Assembly: GCA_045046875.1 (NCBI GenBank)
Contig: JASFYY010000044.1
Location: forward strand, 1 to 19,286
Reading direction: 5' to 3'
From: Verrucomicrobiota bacterium
Lineage (GTDB): Bacteria > Verrucomicrobiota > Verrucomicrobiia > Verrucomicrobiales > DEV007
DNA: 19,286 nucleotides
A program made the position numbers and the translations under genes. The notes under the pieces are model-generated. The model was not told where the DNA came from, did not search any database, and worked only from the letters and a program-made list of their open reading frames with translations. Positions 1-8,425 of the stretch are shown here, one piece after another (positions within the stretch are counted from its first letter, which is position 1; each line of letters begins with the position of its first letter).

Positions 1-144
1 CTCCAACTGTCTCACCAAAATCCCCCGAAAGCGCTCCTTATCCTCATCCGTCAGCAAGCGCTGCCTGCCCACCACCCGGCTCACCACATGATAATAATTC
101 ATCTCCCCCACCGGCCCCAACAAAAACGCTCTGATCTTCCTCAT
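1..144 (-). mobile_element. 5' fragment of a Y1 (HUH) transposase, IS200/IS605 superfamily, REP-associated tyrosine transposase (RAYT)-like; runs off the window edge
   Basis: Manual translation from ATG at 144 is open to position 1: MRKIRAFLLGPVGEMNYYHVVSRVVGRQRLLTDEDKERFRGILVRQLE. 'YHVVSRVVGR...DEDKERF' matches the N-terminal YHxxxR...D.D...F pattern of Y1_Tnp/RAYT proteins. Not in the ORF track. The HUH motif would lie outside the window. Confidence 0.75.
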
Positions 145-187
145 AAAAACACCCTACCACCCCCACCCCACCTCTCAAGCACAAAAT

Positions 188-210
188 TATTTGGGGACTG
201 TCCCGAAATA
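188..210. repeat. Near-perfect 23-bp palindrome TATTTgGGGACtGTCCCgAAATA beside the transposase start
   Basis: 188-192 pairs with 206-210 and 194-198 pairs with 200-204, with one G/G mismatch. It lies between the ccoI stop and the transposase start. Confidence 0.7.
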
Positions 211-248
211 CTACCGGAATACTAATCGCTAGTTTATGCGCATTCATT

Positions 249-2666
249 TCATTTGATCGTGCTTGCCAAAAATAATGCGACTAAGGAGCTGAGTGGCATC
301 AGAATGGCTGCGAGTAATGGGCTCATCCAGCCTGCGAGGCAAACGACTACGGCTAATACATTGTAGGCAATGGCTACGGTTAAAATCAAAGTGATCGTTC
401 GTCTTCGGCGATGCACTAACTCCAGCAATTCTCTTATTGCATGCAAACCACGGCCTAGAAAATAAAAATCGGCACGGCTTTCCAATATTCCAGTTCCTAC
501 TGCAGGGGTGCCCCGGCAGGCAGCAGCGTCAAATGCCAGGCTGTCATTTGCCCCGTCTCCTATGTAAAGAACCGATGAAGCAGCATGCGCTTGAATCCAT
601 GCTGCTTTTTCTTCTGGATCCAGACCTGCTTGAACATTTTTTTCGGCGATACCCAATGTGTCCGCTATATCCTGCACCCGTTGTTTTTGATCACCGCTCA
701 GTATTGCCAGTTGATACCCCATCGACAGCAAAGCCTGCACTTCTTCGCAAGCGTCTTCCCGCAAGGCCTCCTTAAACTCAAAAGCTGCGACGGTGTTGCT
801 AGCACAAGTGAAAACACTCGCCACCTCGTTCTCAATCGGTGGATCAGCTTTCCACCCAGGTTTGCCTAGAGCCCACACTTTCCCCTCGCTATCCACCCAC
901 TCCACCCCGCAGCCCACCGTTTCCTCTACCTCCAACCTTCCTCCGCTTTCATCAACCTGCCACCAACCACGGTTTGCCATTTCCTCCCTCACCGCGCGCG
1001 CGATGGGATGGTGACTTCCTTCCAATAAAATCACCAGTGCATTTTTTTGCTCATCATTCAGGTCATCCAATACTGCGGGGTTCACCAACTTGGGTGCATC
1101 CAAAGTCAATGTTCCAGTCTTATCAAACACCACCCAACTCACTCGTTTCAATCTCGACCACATCGAATTTTGCTGAATAAAGATCCCCGAGCGCCGCAGG
1201 CGCGATACAATCAATTCATCTAGAAAAGGCAAAGCCAAACCCAAAGCACAGGGACATGAAACCACCAATACCGAAATAAATACCTGAAAGGCCCGTGCCC
1301 CATCATGCCCTGCCCATAACCAAGCTGCCGCCCCCATCACGGCTACCGCCAATACCACAATCAAATACCACTGCAACACCCGGCCAAGATCCCTACTCGA
1401 TTCCGCCACACTGTCCCCGCCACTGATTAATTTCTCCAAGCGAGAACCGTCAAACACATCAATCGCAGACAAAGGCAAAACCTCCCTACCCACATTCATT
1501 GCCCCTCCTGGAATCTCAGCTCCACGCCTCAAAGTACGAGCCGCAGGTTCTCCATTGATCCATTCAAAACTGAATTCCCCATCACTCTCATGTAAACGGG
1601 CACTGACCGGACTGGGTTCCCCTGGTTTTAATAAAAACTGATCGCCTACCTTCAACTCATCCACCGCTACCAATCGAGTCACGCCCTCATCACCTTCAAC
1701 CAAAACCTCGTGTAAGGAAAGATCTCCACTCAATACCCGCTCCCTGTTTTTCTCCAAAGCCGTCTGCTGCAGCCAACGCCCGGCTAACATCAGAAATGCA
1801 AATATCGCCACAAAATCAAAATACTTCAGGGACTCAATACCGTTCAACCAGCCGATCAACGACCCCAGATACGCGGCTATCAAACCAATCGAAATAGGTG
1901 AATCCATATGCAAAGATCCCACCGCCATGGCGCGCCAGGCTCGTCCGAAGAAAAACCCTCCTCCCACAAAAAGCGCTATCGTAGCCGAGGCCAGAGTGAT
2001 CAAATCAAATATGCCCGCCAACATAAAGTCAGACCCCATCCCCAAGTAACTAGGCAAAGTGAATACCATCGCATTCAATGCCAAAGCCCCCGTCACTCCT
2101 GCCCGTGTTGCCAACTCCCTGGATTGAGGCCGATCCTCCCGCTCAGTCTCGCCTATCGCGCCCATTGCGTAGCCGAATTTCAGCATCTCGCGGGCAAAAT
2201 TCGACGCAACAAAGTTTCCTGCCTGCCACCATAAAGTCACCCGCCCTCGCTGGGTATCCACCACAATACGCAAAGCTCCCTGCTGCCGCTGAAACACTTT
2301 TTCTATCAACCACACACAAGCCACACAGGACAGACCCTGCATCTCAAACACTCGCCGCGCAGCCTCCCCCCGCTGCAAATCCGCTTCAGCCTGCTCTACC
2401 TGAGCCGTCAACCAATCCCAATCCCGCTGCTGAAACGCGAGCGATTTCACCGGCGTCATGACATCGCTGCCCTTGAGATGATAAAAACGATCCAGCCCCT
2501 CTTCATCGATCAGTTGATGGACAAATCGACAGCCCGCACAGCAAAACTCATGGTCCGTTCCCGAGCGTATACGAAAGCGAGTGCTGCAATGCAAACATTC
2601 AGCGTGTGAACCTTCACCCGCATCTCCGGATCCCCCCGGCTTTCCACCTGTCACAGCAACTGCCAT
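249..2666 (-). CDS. ccoI: cbb3 oxidase maturation heavy-metal (Cu) P1B-type ATPase CcoI/FixI
   Basis: N-terminal CLHC...FCCAGC metal-binding domain, HMA-like GLSCVACVW, transmembrane SCPCALGL, phosphorylation motif DKTGTLT, HHPIA, GDGAND, and C-terminal YN...MPLSSL. Last gene of the cco operon. Start moved from 2732 to ATG 2666 (805 aa), which removes the overlap with the upstream gene. Confidence 0.92.
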   Translation of the reverse strand: MAVAVTGGKPGGSGDAGEGSHAECLHCSTRFRIRSGTDHEFCCAGCRFVHQLIDEEGLDRFYHLKGSDVMTPVKSLAFQQRDWDWLTAQVEQAEADLQRGEAARRVFEMQGLSCVACVWLIEKVFQRQQGALRIVVDTQRGRVTLWWQAGNFVASNFAREMLKFGYAMGAIGETEREDRPQSRELATRAGVTGALALNAMVFTLPSYLGMGSDFMLAGIFDLITLASATIALFVGGGFFFGRAWRAMAVGSLHMDSPISIGLIAAYLGSLIGWLNGIESLKYFDFVAIFAFLMLAGRWLQQTALEKNRERVLSGDLSLHEVLVEGDEGVTRLVAVDELKVGDQFLLKPGEPSPVSARLHESDGEFSFEWINGEPAARTLRRGAEIPGGAMNVGREVLPLSAIDVFDGSRLEKLISGGDSVAESSRDLGRVLQWYLIVVLAVAVMGAAAWLWAGHDGARAFQVFISVLVVSCPCALGLALPFLDELIVSRLRRSGIFIQQNSMWSRLKRVSWVVFDKTGTLTLDAPKLVNPAVLDDLNDEQKNALVILLEGSHHPIARAVREEMANRGWWQVDESGGRLEVEETVGCGVEWVDSEGKVWALGKPGWKADPPIENEVASVFTCASNTVAAFEFKEALREDACEEVQALLSMGYQLAILSGDQKQRVQDIADTLGIAEKNVQAGLDPEEKAAWIQAHAASSVLYIGDGANDSLAFDAAACRGTPAVGTGILESRADFYFLGRGLHAIRELLELVHRRRRTITLILTVAIAYNVLAVVVCLAGWMSPLLAAILMPLSSLVALFLASTIK

Positions 2667-2685
2667 TTTATAAAATCTAACTAAG

Positions 2686-3387
2686 CTACGAATGAGGCAA
2701 ATCGCAACCACAAGCCGACACCTGGTCGACAAACCACAAAGTCCCCCTGAACCGCCAGGTCAAAGCCAACGCCGCCACCAAAGCCAGACCTCTCTGCAGT
2801 TGTTGCATACGTGGCGGTGATATTTTTTTCTGCCAAAATCCCGCCCCACTCTGCATCAACCACAACAGTGGAACCGTACCCATCCCAAAAGCTAACATTA
2901 ATTCTGCGCCTTTAACCGGCGAACCGCTCAATAAACCAATACCCAACATCGCGTATAAAGGCCCACAAGGCAGCAGCGGCGTGGCCAATCCCATCATCAA
3001 TCCTCTACGTGCCCGTGAACCACTGGTCAAACGTCGCCGAAAACGCTCGATCAAACGATCGAACCACGGCACCGTCGGTAAATAACGCTCCGCCCCCAAA
3101 CCCACTAAAACGAGAAACACAATCAACACCCACGGCACCAGATTCGCGCCACTGCCCATCAATTTGCTCACTGGGTAATAGCCAATCGCTCCCGTCACCA
3201 CACCTAAAAGCATATAGGCGGTCAAACGGCTTGCATGATAAGCACTGATTCCTCCGATGCGGTCATTGCCACTGGCAATGCCCAAACCACAAGTCAACAG
3301 ACCACACATACCCGCACAGTGCACGCTGGTCACCAAACCGGCGACAAATGCCCCCGTGGTTCCATTGATGGATTCAATCCCCATCAT
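2686..3387 (-). CDS. DsbD_2 / TauE-SafE-like (UreH-like) membrane protein of cbb3 maturation clusters
   Basis: SVHCAGMCG, LLPCGPLY and FGMGTVP motifs, several hydrophobic helices, AGGAGG just upstream (start 3387 or 3384), and the typical position in cco clusters. Confidence 0.85.
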   Translation of the reverse strand: MMGIESINGTTGAFVAGLVTSVHCAGMCGLLTCGLGIASGNDRIGGISAYHASRLTAYMLLGVVTGAIGYYPVSKLMGSGANLVPWVLIVFLVLVGLGAERYLPTVPWFDRLIERFRRRLTSGSRARRGLMMGLATPLLPCGPLYAMLGIGLLSGSPVKGAELMLAFGMGTVPLLWLMQSGAGFWQKKISPPRMQQLQRGLALVAALALTWRFRGTLWFVDQVSACGCDLPHS

Positions 3388-3538
3388 CCTCCTGCTCTCC
3401 CTCCCCCGGTTGGATCACTTGAATCATCTCGGGTTGATTATTCAACGCTACCTTGATCAATACGGTCCAAGCTGCGATCAAAAGCACAAAAACCAGCACG
3501 ATCCAAATCCAAGGCCTATCTCGAATCCACTTTATCAT
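3374..3538 (-). CDS. Unannotated 54-aa single-TM peptide in the ccoH/fixH position (mini-CcoH candidate)
   Basis: MIKWIRDRPWIWIVLVFVLLIAAWTVLIKVALNNQPEMIQVIQPGEGEQEDDGD*. Its ATG overlaps the ccoG TGA (ATGA at 3538-3535), and its 3' end overlaps the next gene's start. It fills the gap exactly. Absent from the ORF track, whose shortest entries are 60 aa. Confidence 0.8.
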   Translation of the reverse strand: MIKWIRDRPWIWIVLVFVLLIAAWTVLIKVALNNQPEMIQVIQPGEGEQEDDGD

Positions 3539-4977
3539 TTTGTTTGTTTTCCTCCCTCCTCTTTTACTCCCTTCTCGCGCAACAAGTAGGCACTCGGCCC
3601 TAAAAACCTTACCGTCTTAATCAACTCATCATCACCGGGTGTCGATCTGATCGACAATTTCAATTCAAACTGCCCGGTATATTGATCCTTGGAAATCATC
3701 GCCAAAAACGGACGCACCGCTTCACTCTGCGCCTCCAAGGTGATTGATTGATCAAAGCCACTCAGAACCAGTCCATCAGGGGCATCCACCACCTCGATGG
3801 TAAAGGTCGTTGCTTGGTTCAGCTTAGTCATCAAGCGAATTTGATACTGATTACGCACCCCTTCATCTGTCACATAATAAGGCTGCCCGTTCATCCGATT
3901 CACATCGGCAAACACCGAATGCAATCCGGACAAAAGATAAATCATTGCCAAAAAACCCACCACTAAAGCCACCGTATAAACCATCACCCGAGGACGTAGG
4001 TAACGGGTTTTGCCCCCATTCAGGCCCACCAGTGAATCATAACGAATCAAGCCTTTGGGACGCTTCAAACGATGCATGATCGCGTCGCAAGCATCAACAC
4101 AAGCCGCACAACCAATACACTCCATCTGCAATCCATTACGAATATCGATACCGGTTGGACACACCTGCACACAACGCTGACAACTCACACAATCACCTCC
4201 TTCAGAGTTATCCCCCTTGCGATCCTTACCCCGCGGCTCACCACGGCGACCGTCATAACCAATCACCATAGTGTTTTCATCCGTCAGTGCTGACTGAATG
4301 CGACCATAAGGGCACATGATAATACAAAATTGCTCACGAAACCAAGCAAAGCAAAAATACAAACACAGGGTTAAAAACATCACCACTCCAAATGCCTTGG
4401 CGTTCTCCAGCGGTGGACGTTTCACATATTCGTAAAGACTCGACAAGGAAACGAAGTAAGACAAAAACACATTGGCAATGATCAGTGCCACCAGTATAAA
4501 CAGACTGTGTTTGACCACCCGTTTCACCACCTTGCTCTTCGTCCAAGGTGCTTTCTGCAACTGCCTCCGAGCAGCGGCATCACCATCGATCCACCGTTCG
4601 ATACGGCGATAGATGTGCTCTAAAAAAACCGTGTAAGGACACGCCCAACCACACCACAACCGGCCAAACAAGGATGTCACATAAAAAAGCCCCAGACCGA
4701 GCCCTGCTATCACAAAAAAAGCCAACCACAAATCCTGGGCTAAAAAGGTCAGCCCGAACAAATGAAAGCGCCGGTGGGCCAAATCAAAAAACAAAGCCGG
4801 ATAACCATTGATCTGGATCCAAGGCAGTGCCACATAGACCACCAACAGAATCAACCCAAACCAACGCCGCAATGAAGTGAACGGCCCCTTCACATCCGCC
4901 GGTTGCGGACTGAAATGGGAGCCGTCTACGTTAATCGTAGTAACAGAATCCAGATTCGGCTTTTTCAGACGTGCCAT
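3535..4977 (-). CDS. ccoG: Cytochrome c oxidase accessory protein CcoG/FixG (4Fe-4S membrane protein, cupric reductase family)
   Basis: CGWACP, CIIMCPYG, CVSCQRCVQVCPTGIDIR and CIGCAACVDAC motifs, plus a C-terminal Ig-like region. ATG 4977 preferred over TTG 4989. Confidence 0.95.
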   Translation of the reverse strand: MARLKKPNLDSVTTINVDGSHFSPQPADVKGPFTSLRRWFGLILLVVYVALPWIQINGYPALFFDLAHRRFHLFGLTFLAQDLWLAFFVIAGLGLGLFYVTSLFGRLWCGWACPYTVFLEHIYRRIERWIDGDAAARRQLQKAPWTKSKVVKRVVKHSLFILVALIIANVFLSYFVSLSSLYEYVKRPPLENAKAFGVVMFLTLCLYFCFAWFREQFCIIMCPYGRIQSALTDENTMVIGYDGRRGEPRGKDRKGDNSEGGDCVSCQRCVQVCPTGIDIRNGLQMECIGCAACVDACDAIMHRLKRPKGLIRYDSLVGLNGGKTRYLRPRVMVYTVALVVGFLAMIYLLSGLHSVFADVNRMNGQPYYVTDEGVRNQYQIRLMTKLNQATTFTIEVVDAPDGLVLSGFDQSITLEAQSEAVRPFLAMISKDQYTGQFELKLSIRSTPGDDELIKTVRFLGPSAYLLREKGVKEEGGKQTK

Positions 4978-5025
4978 GATGATCTTCAACAGGCAGCCGC
5001 ATCTTTCGATTCACAACTGCGTTTT

Positions 5026-5664
5026 TTATTTTCCTTTCGGCTGGGCCGAACCATCGGCTTTTGCTTCATGATGATTGAGAATATAAGCCACCACTTCCAC
5101 CACTCCTTTGGCTCCAAGTTGCCCCTCAAAAGCGACCATCCCCTTGGTTTTGTCCGGAGACCCTTTCATCACCGTATCAAAAACCCCCATAGGTTTGCCT
5201 TCACCGTATTTCCAAATAGCATCGTCCAGCGGTTCACCCGGCAATTTGGCTCCCCCCATGGTTGCCGATAGATCCTTTCCATGACAGGCAAAACAAATCG
5301 TCTGAAACGTTTTTTCTCCTGCAGAAACCACTGCCGGATCCTGGGACATCTTCCACAGAGCGTCATCATCCAGATTGGCGGCCACCTTATCCAACTCTTT
5401 TTTCTGCGCAGCTTTAACCACGGCCATCGCATCATTCAGCCGCTCAACATCACTTTTGATCCAGCCAAACTGATAATAAGCCACCCAATAACCGACAAAA
5501 AATACGATCATGATATAGAGAGTGAACAACCACCAGTTCGGTAAGCGTTGGTCATACTCTTGAATCCCATCATAAACGTGATCCCGTAAAACCACGCCTT
5601 CGGGCAGTTGCTCCTGCTCCACCTTGGTTTTTTCCTCCGCTGTATTGTCTTTATTTTCAGCCAT
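5026..5664 (-). CDS. ccoP: cbb3-type cytochrome c oxidase subunit III (CcoP), single c-haem form
   Basis: FixP N-terminal motif DHVYDGIQEYDQRLPNWW, a TM helix, one CxxCH (CFACH, 5281-5295) and a candidate axial Met in KGMVAF. Confidence 0.92.
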   Translation of the reverse strand: MAENKDNTAEEKTKVEQEQLPEGVVLRDHVYDGIQEYDQRLPNWWLFTLYIMIVFFVGYWVAYYQFGWIKSDVERLNDAMAVVKAAQKKELDKVAANLDDDALWKMSQDPAVVSAGEKTFQTICFACHGKDLSATMGGAKLPGEPLDDAIWKYGEGKPMGVFDTVMKGSPDKTKGMVAFEGQLGAKGVVEVVAYILNHHEAKADGSAQPKGK

Positions 5665-5665
5665 T

Positions 5666-5863
5666 TCAATTCAAGTCAGAATGTTTATCTTTTTGCTGCG
5701 ATCCATCGTCATTTGCCAAAGGCAAACTCGCCATGTGCTCGGATTGTTTTTTTCCCAACAGGATAGCTTTGGCACTCAATACCAAAAACACGGCGAAGGT
5801 CAGGGCAAAAGCCACCACCGGGATGACCATCTGCCACTCTTCTAGTATCAATCGTTTAAACAT
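5666..5863 (-). CDS. ccoQ: cbb3-type cytochrome c oxidase subunit IV (CcoQ/FixQ)-like
   Basis: 65 aa, one TM helix, C-terminal 'MASLPLANDD' typical of CcoQ, located between ccoNO and ccoP. Confidence 0.8.
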   Translation of the reverse strand: MFKRLILEEWQMVIPVVAFALTFAVFLVLSAKAILLGKKQSEHMASLPLANDDGSQQKDKHSDLN

Positions 5864-5881
5864 GATCGCAGGTGCTTAGGT

Positions 5882-8425
5882 TTATTGTTTTGCTGGCTCG
5901 GCGGCAGCTTTTCCACCTTCAGTTTTGTCTTCAGTTACCTTTTTCTCCTCATTATGAGCAGGTCGGTAGGTATCAGGCAAGCCTGGAAGGATGGTTGAAG
6001 GTTTGTGTTCGCTTTCCTCTTTAGGCGCCACCTCTTCGTAAGTTCCCACTTTCTGCAAGTAAGCGATCAGAGCCACAATTTGCTTGCTCTGCAAATACTC
6101 TTTAGCCTCTTCACTGGAAGTGATTTTTACCCCTGGTTTTTCAGGAATTGATACCTGGGCATCGATCAAACGCGAAGCGATTTCCTGCGCCTGTTTTTTC
6201 GCTTTATCCAGGATCACATTCTTAGTCATCGCTTCATAAGGAACCCCCAGACGACGCTGCACCGCGATCTTCGAAGGCAAGGCTTTGATATCCGTATCTT
6301 TATGCGCCAGCCAAATATAATTAGGCATACGCGACTGACTGTTCAGACTGCGGGGATTCATCATGTGGGTGAAATGCCAATCATCACCGCGTTTCCCTGC
6401 CTCGCGCGCCAGGTCGGGACCGGTGCGTTTTGACCCCCACTGGAACGGAAAGTCGTAAATTGATTCTCCCATTCTGGAATAATCACCATAACGCATCACC
6501 TCAGGTACCAAGGTTCGGATCATCTGTGAGTGACAGTTGTAACAACCCTCACTGACATAGATATCCCGACCCGCCAACTCCAACGGTGTATAAGGAACCT
6601 GCAAACGATCCTCGATATTTTTCGCCCGGTTAACGGTAACCGTCGGAATGATCTGGATCGCTCCGCCGATGAACATCGCGATGAATACCAACACCGTGAA
6701 CGGCATGTAATTCTCCAACAAGGTCTCATGCCATTCCGACCAGGTTTTGGTCGACTTTTTGAAAGCCCGCACCGCCATCCAAGTCAAGATCAACATAATC
6801 GCCAAGGCAATCCAGTTGGCAAAAGGTGGCAAAAAGAACCACAACAGCATGAAGACGATGATCCAGAAGGTATAACCGATCGGATCATTACGAAATACCT
6901 GCGTCCAGGTCATGCGATCCTGTTTTTTCTCTTCTTCAACGTAAACCTCAACCTTGCCATTGACCGGCTGCCCCGAACGAGCCGTCATCAGGATATTCAC
7001 TGCCAACAGAATGAATCCAACCAGGAACAGAGTTCCCCCCACAGCCCGCGCAAAGAGCAGCAAATTGATTTTATCCACGGTTTCCGCGAATTCGTAGATC
7101 AAACGGGTTCCGGTCTCGTCAGTCTGGTTGAGCAACAGCCCTTGCATGATGCCTGCCACCCACATCGAGCCCACATAGAGCAGGATGCCAATCAAGCCGA
7201 CCCAAAAATGCATGTTGGCCAAAGACTCCGACCACAATTTCGTTTTCCACAAACGTGGAGCCAACCAATAAAACATACCGGCAGCCAGAAAACCATTCCA
7301 GCCGAGCGTGCCACTGTGCACGTGACCAATCGTCCAGTCCGTATAATGAGACAACGCATTCACCGAACGAATCGCCAACAGCGGCCCCTCAAAAGTACAC
7401 ATGCCGTAAAAAGTCACCGCTGCGACAAAAAACTTAATCACCGGATCGGTGCGCAATTTGTCCCAGGCTCCACGCAAAGTCAGCAAGCCGTTCAACATGC
7501 CTCCCCAGGAAGGCGCCCACAGCATCAGGCTGAAAAACATCGCCAACATCTGCAGCCACTTGGGTAGAGCGGTGTTCAACAAATGATGCGGCCCTGCCCA
7601 GATATAAATGAAAACCAAAGACCAAAAGTGAATGATCGACAGACGGTAGGAATACACCGGACGATCCGCCGCTTTGGGCAGAAAATAATACATGATGCCC
7701 AGCATCGGAGTAGTGAGGAAAAAGGCCACCGCATTGTGCCCATACCACCACTGGACCAGAGCATCTTGCACCCCCGAGAATATCGGATAAGCATGCGTCA
7801 GACTGGTCGGAATCTGCAAATGATTAACCACATACAAAACCGTGACCGTGATAATCGTCGCGATGTAAAACCACAAAGCCACATACAAAGAGGGCTCATT
7901 GCGTTTTTTCAGTGTCCACAAAAAGTTAAACCCAAAAACCAACCAAATCACCGCCACCGCGATGTTGATCGGCCAGATCAGTTCGGCGTATTCTTTCCCC
8001 CGGGTCAGCCCGATCGGCAAAGTCACCGCTGCTGACACAATGATCAATTGCCAGCCCCAGAAATGAATTCGCGACAGCAAATCAGACGCCGTGCGGCATT
8101 TGCACAAGCGCTGGGTCGAATAATAAATACCCGCGAACATCATGTTACCGACAAAGGCAAAAATCGCCGCATTGGTGTGCAGCGGCCGCAAACGCCCGAA
8201 AGTGATATACTGCAAACCCTCTGTTTTGAAGGCACCAAAAGTGATCCACTCCAAAAACTTTCCATTCACCTGCCAGAAGTTCAGCTGAAAGGCAATAATC
8301 ACCCCCACCAGCATCGCCACCAAGGCCCACACAATGGAAGCTCCCATAAACCATCTCACCGACTTATCGTCGAACTCAATCGTCTGCTTCAAACCTGCTT
8401 GTTGTTTGCTCATTCCGTCTGTCAT
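5882..8425 (-). CDS. ccoN: cbb3-type cytochrome c oxidase fused subunits I and II (CcoN-CcoO)
   Basis: CcoN motifs FGRLRPLHTNAAIFAF, QWWYGHNAVAF, WAGPHHLL, TFEGP and DWTIGHVH, followed in frame by CcoO motifs GRDIYVSEGCYNCHSQMIR, WGSKRTGPDLAR and SRMPNY. Alternative start at 8413. Confidence 0.97.
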   Translation of the reverse strand: MTDGMSKQQAGLKQTIEFDDKSVRWFMGASIVWALVAMLVGVIIAFQLNFWQVNGKFLEWITFGAFKTEGLQYITFGRLRPLHTNAAIFAFVGNMMFAGIYYSTQRLCKCRTASDLLSRIHFWGWQLIIVSAAVTLPIGLTRGKEYAELIWPINIAVAVIWLVFGFNFLWTLKKRNEPSLYVALWFYIATIITVTVLYVVNHLQIPTSLTHAYPIFSGVQDALVQWWYGHNAVAFFLTTPMLGIMYYFLPKAADRPVYSYRLSIIHFWSLVFIYIWAGPHHLLNTALPKWLQMLAMFFSLMLWAPSWGGMLNGLLTLRGAWDKLRTDPVIKFFVAAVTFYGMCTFEGPLLAIRSVNALSHYTDWTIGHVHSGTLGWNGFLAAGMFYWLAPRLWKTKLWSESLANMHFWVGLIGILLYVGSMWVAGIMQGLLLNQTDETGTRLIYEFAETVDKINLLLFARAVGGTLFLVGFILLAVNILMTARSGQPVNGKVEVYVEEEKKQDRMTWTQVFRNDPIGYTFWIIVFMLLWFFLPPFANWIALAIMLILTWMAVRAFKKSTKTWSEWHETLLENYMPFTVLVFIAMFIGGAIQIIPTVTVNRAKNIEDRLQVPYTPLELAGRDIYVSEGCYNCHSQMIRTLVPEVMRYGDYSRMGESIYDFPFQWGSKRTGPDLAREAGKRGDDWHFTHMMNPRSLNSQSRMPNYIWLAHKDTDIKALPSKIAVQRRLGVPYEAMTKNVILDKAKKQAQEIASRLIDAQVSIPEKPGVKITSSEEAKEYLQSKQIVALIAYLQKVGTYEEVAPKEESEHKPSTILPGLPDTYRPAHNEEKKVTEDKTEGGKAAAEPAKQ

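Noticed and set aside
44..247. 67-aa minus-strand ORF from the track
   Set aside because: It overlaps the transposase-like frame (1-144) in another phase, runs through the palindrome, and has no recognisable features.
2667..2732. N-terminal extensions given by the ORF track (ccoI, and likewise ccoS, the thioredoxin-like protein, both LysM proteins and SET)
   Set aside because: The extensions overlap neighbouring genes, terminators or promoters, or precede obvious signal peptides. Downstream ATGs fit better.
6530..7567. 345-aa plus-strand ORF (and 7583-8035, 8048-8524) antisense to ccoNO
   Set aside because: These are shadow frames of a conserved gene, with Q/H/R-rich composition typical of antisense translation and no motifs.
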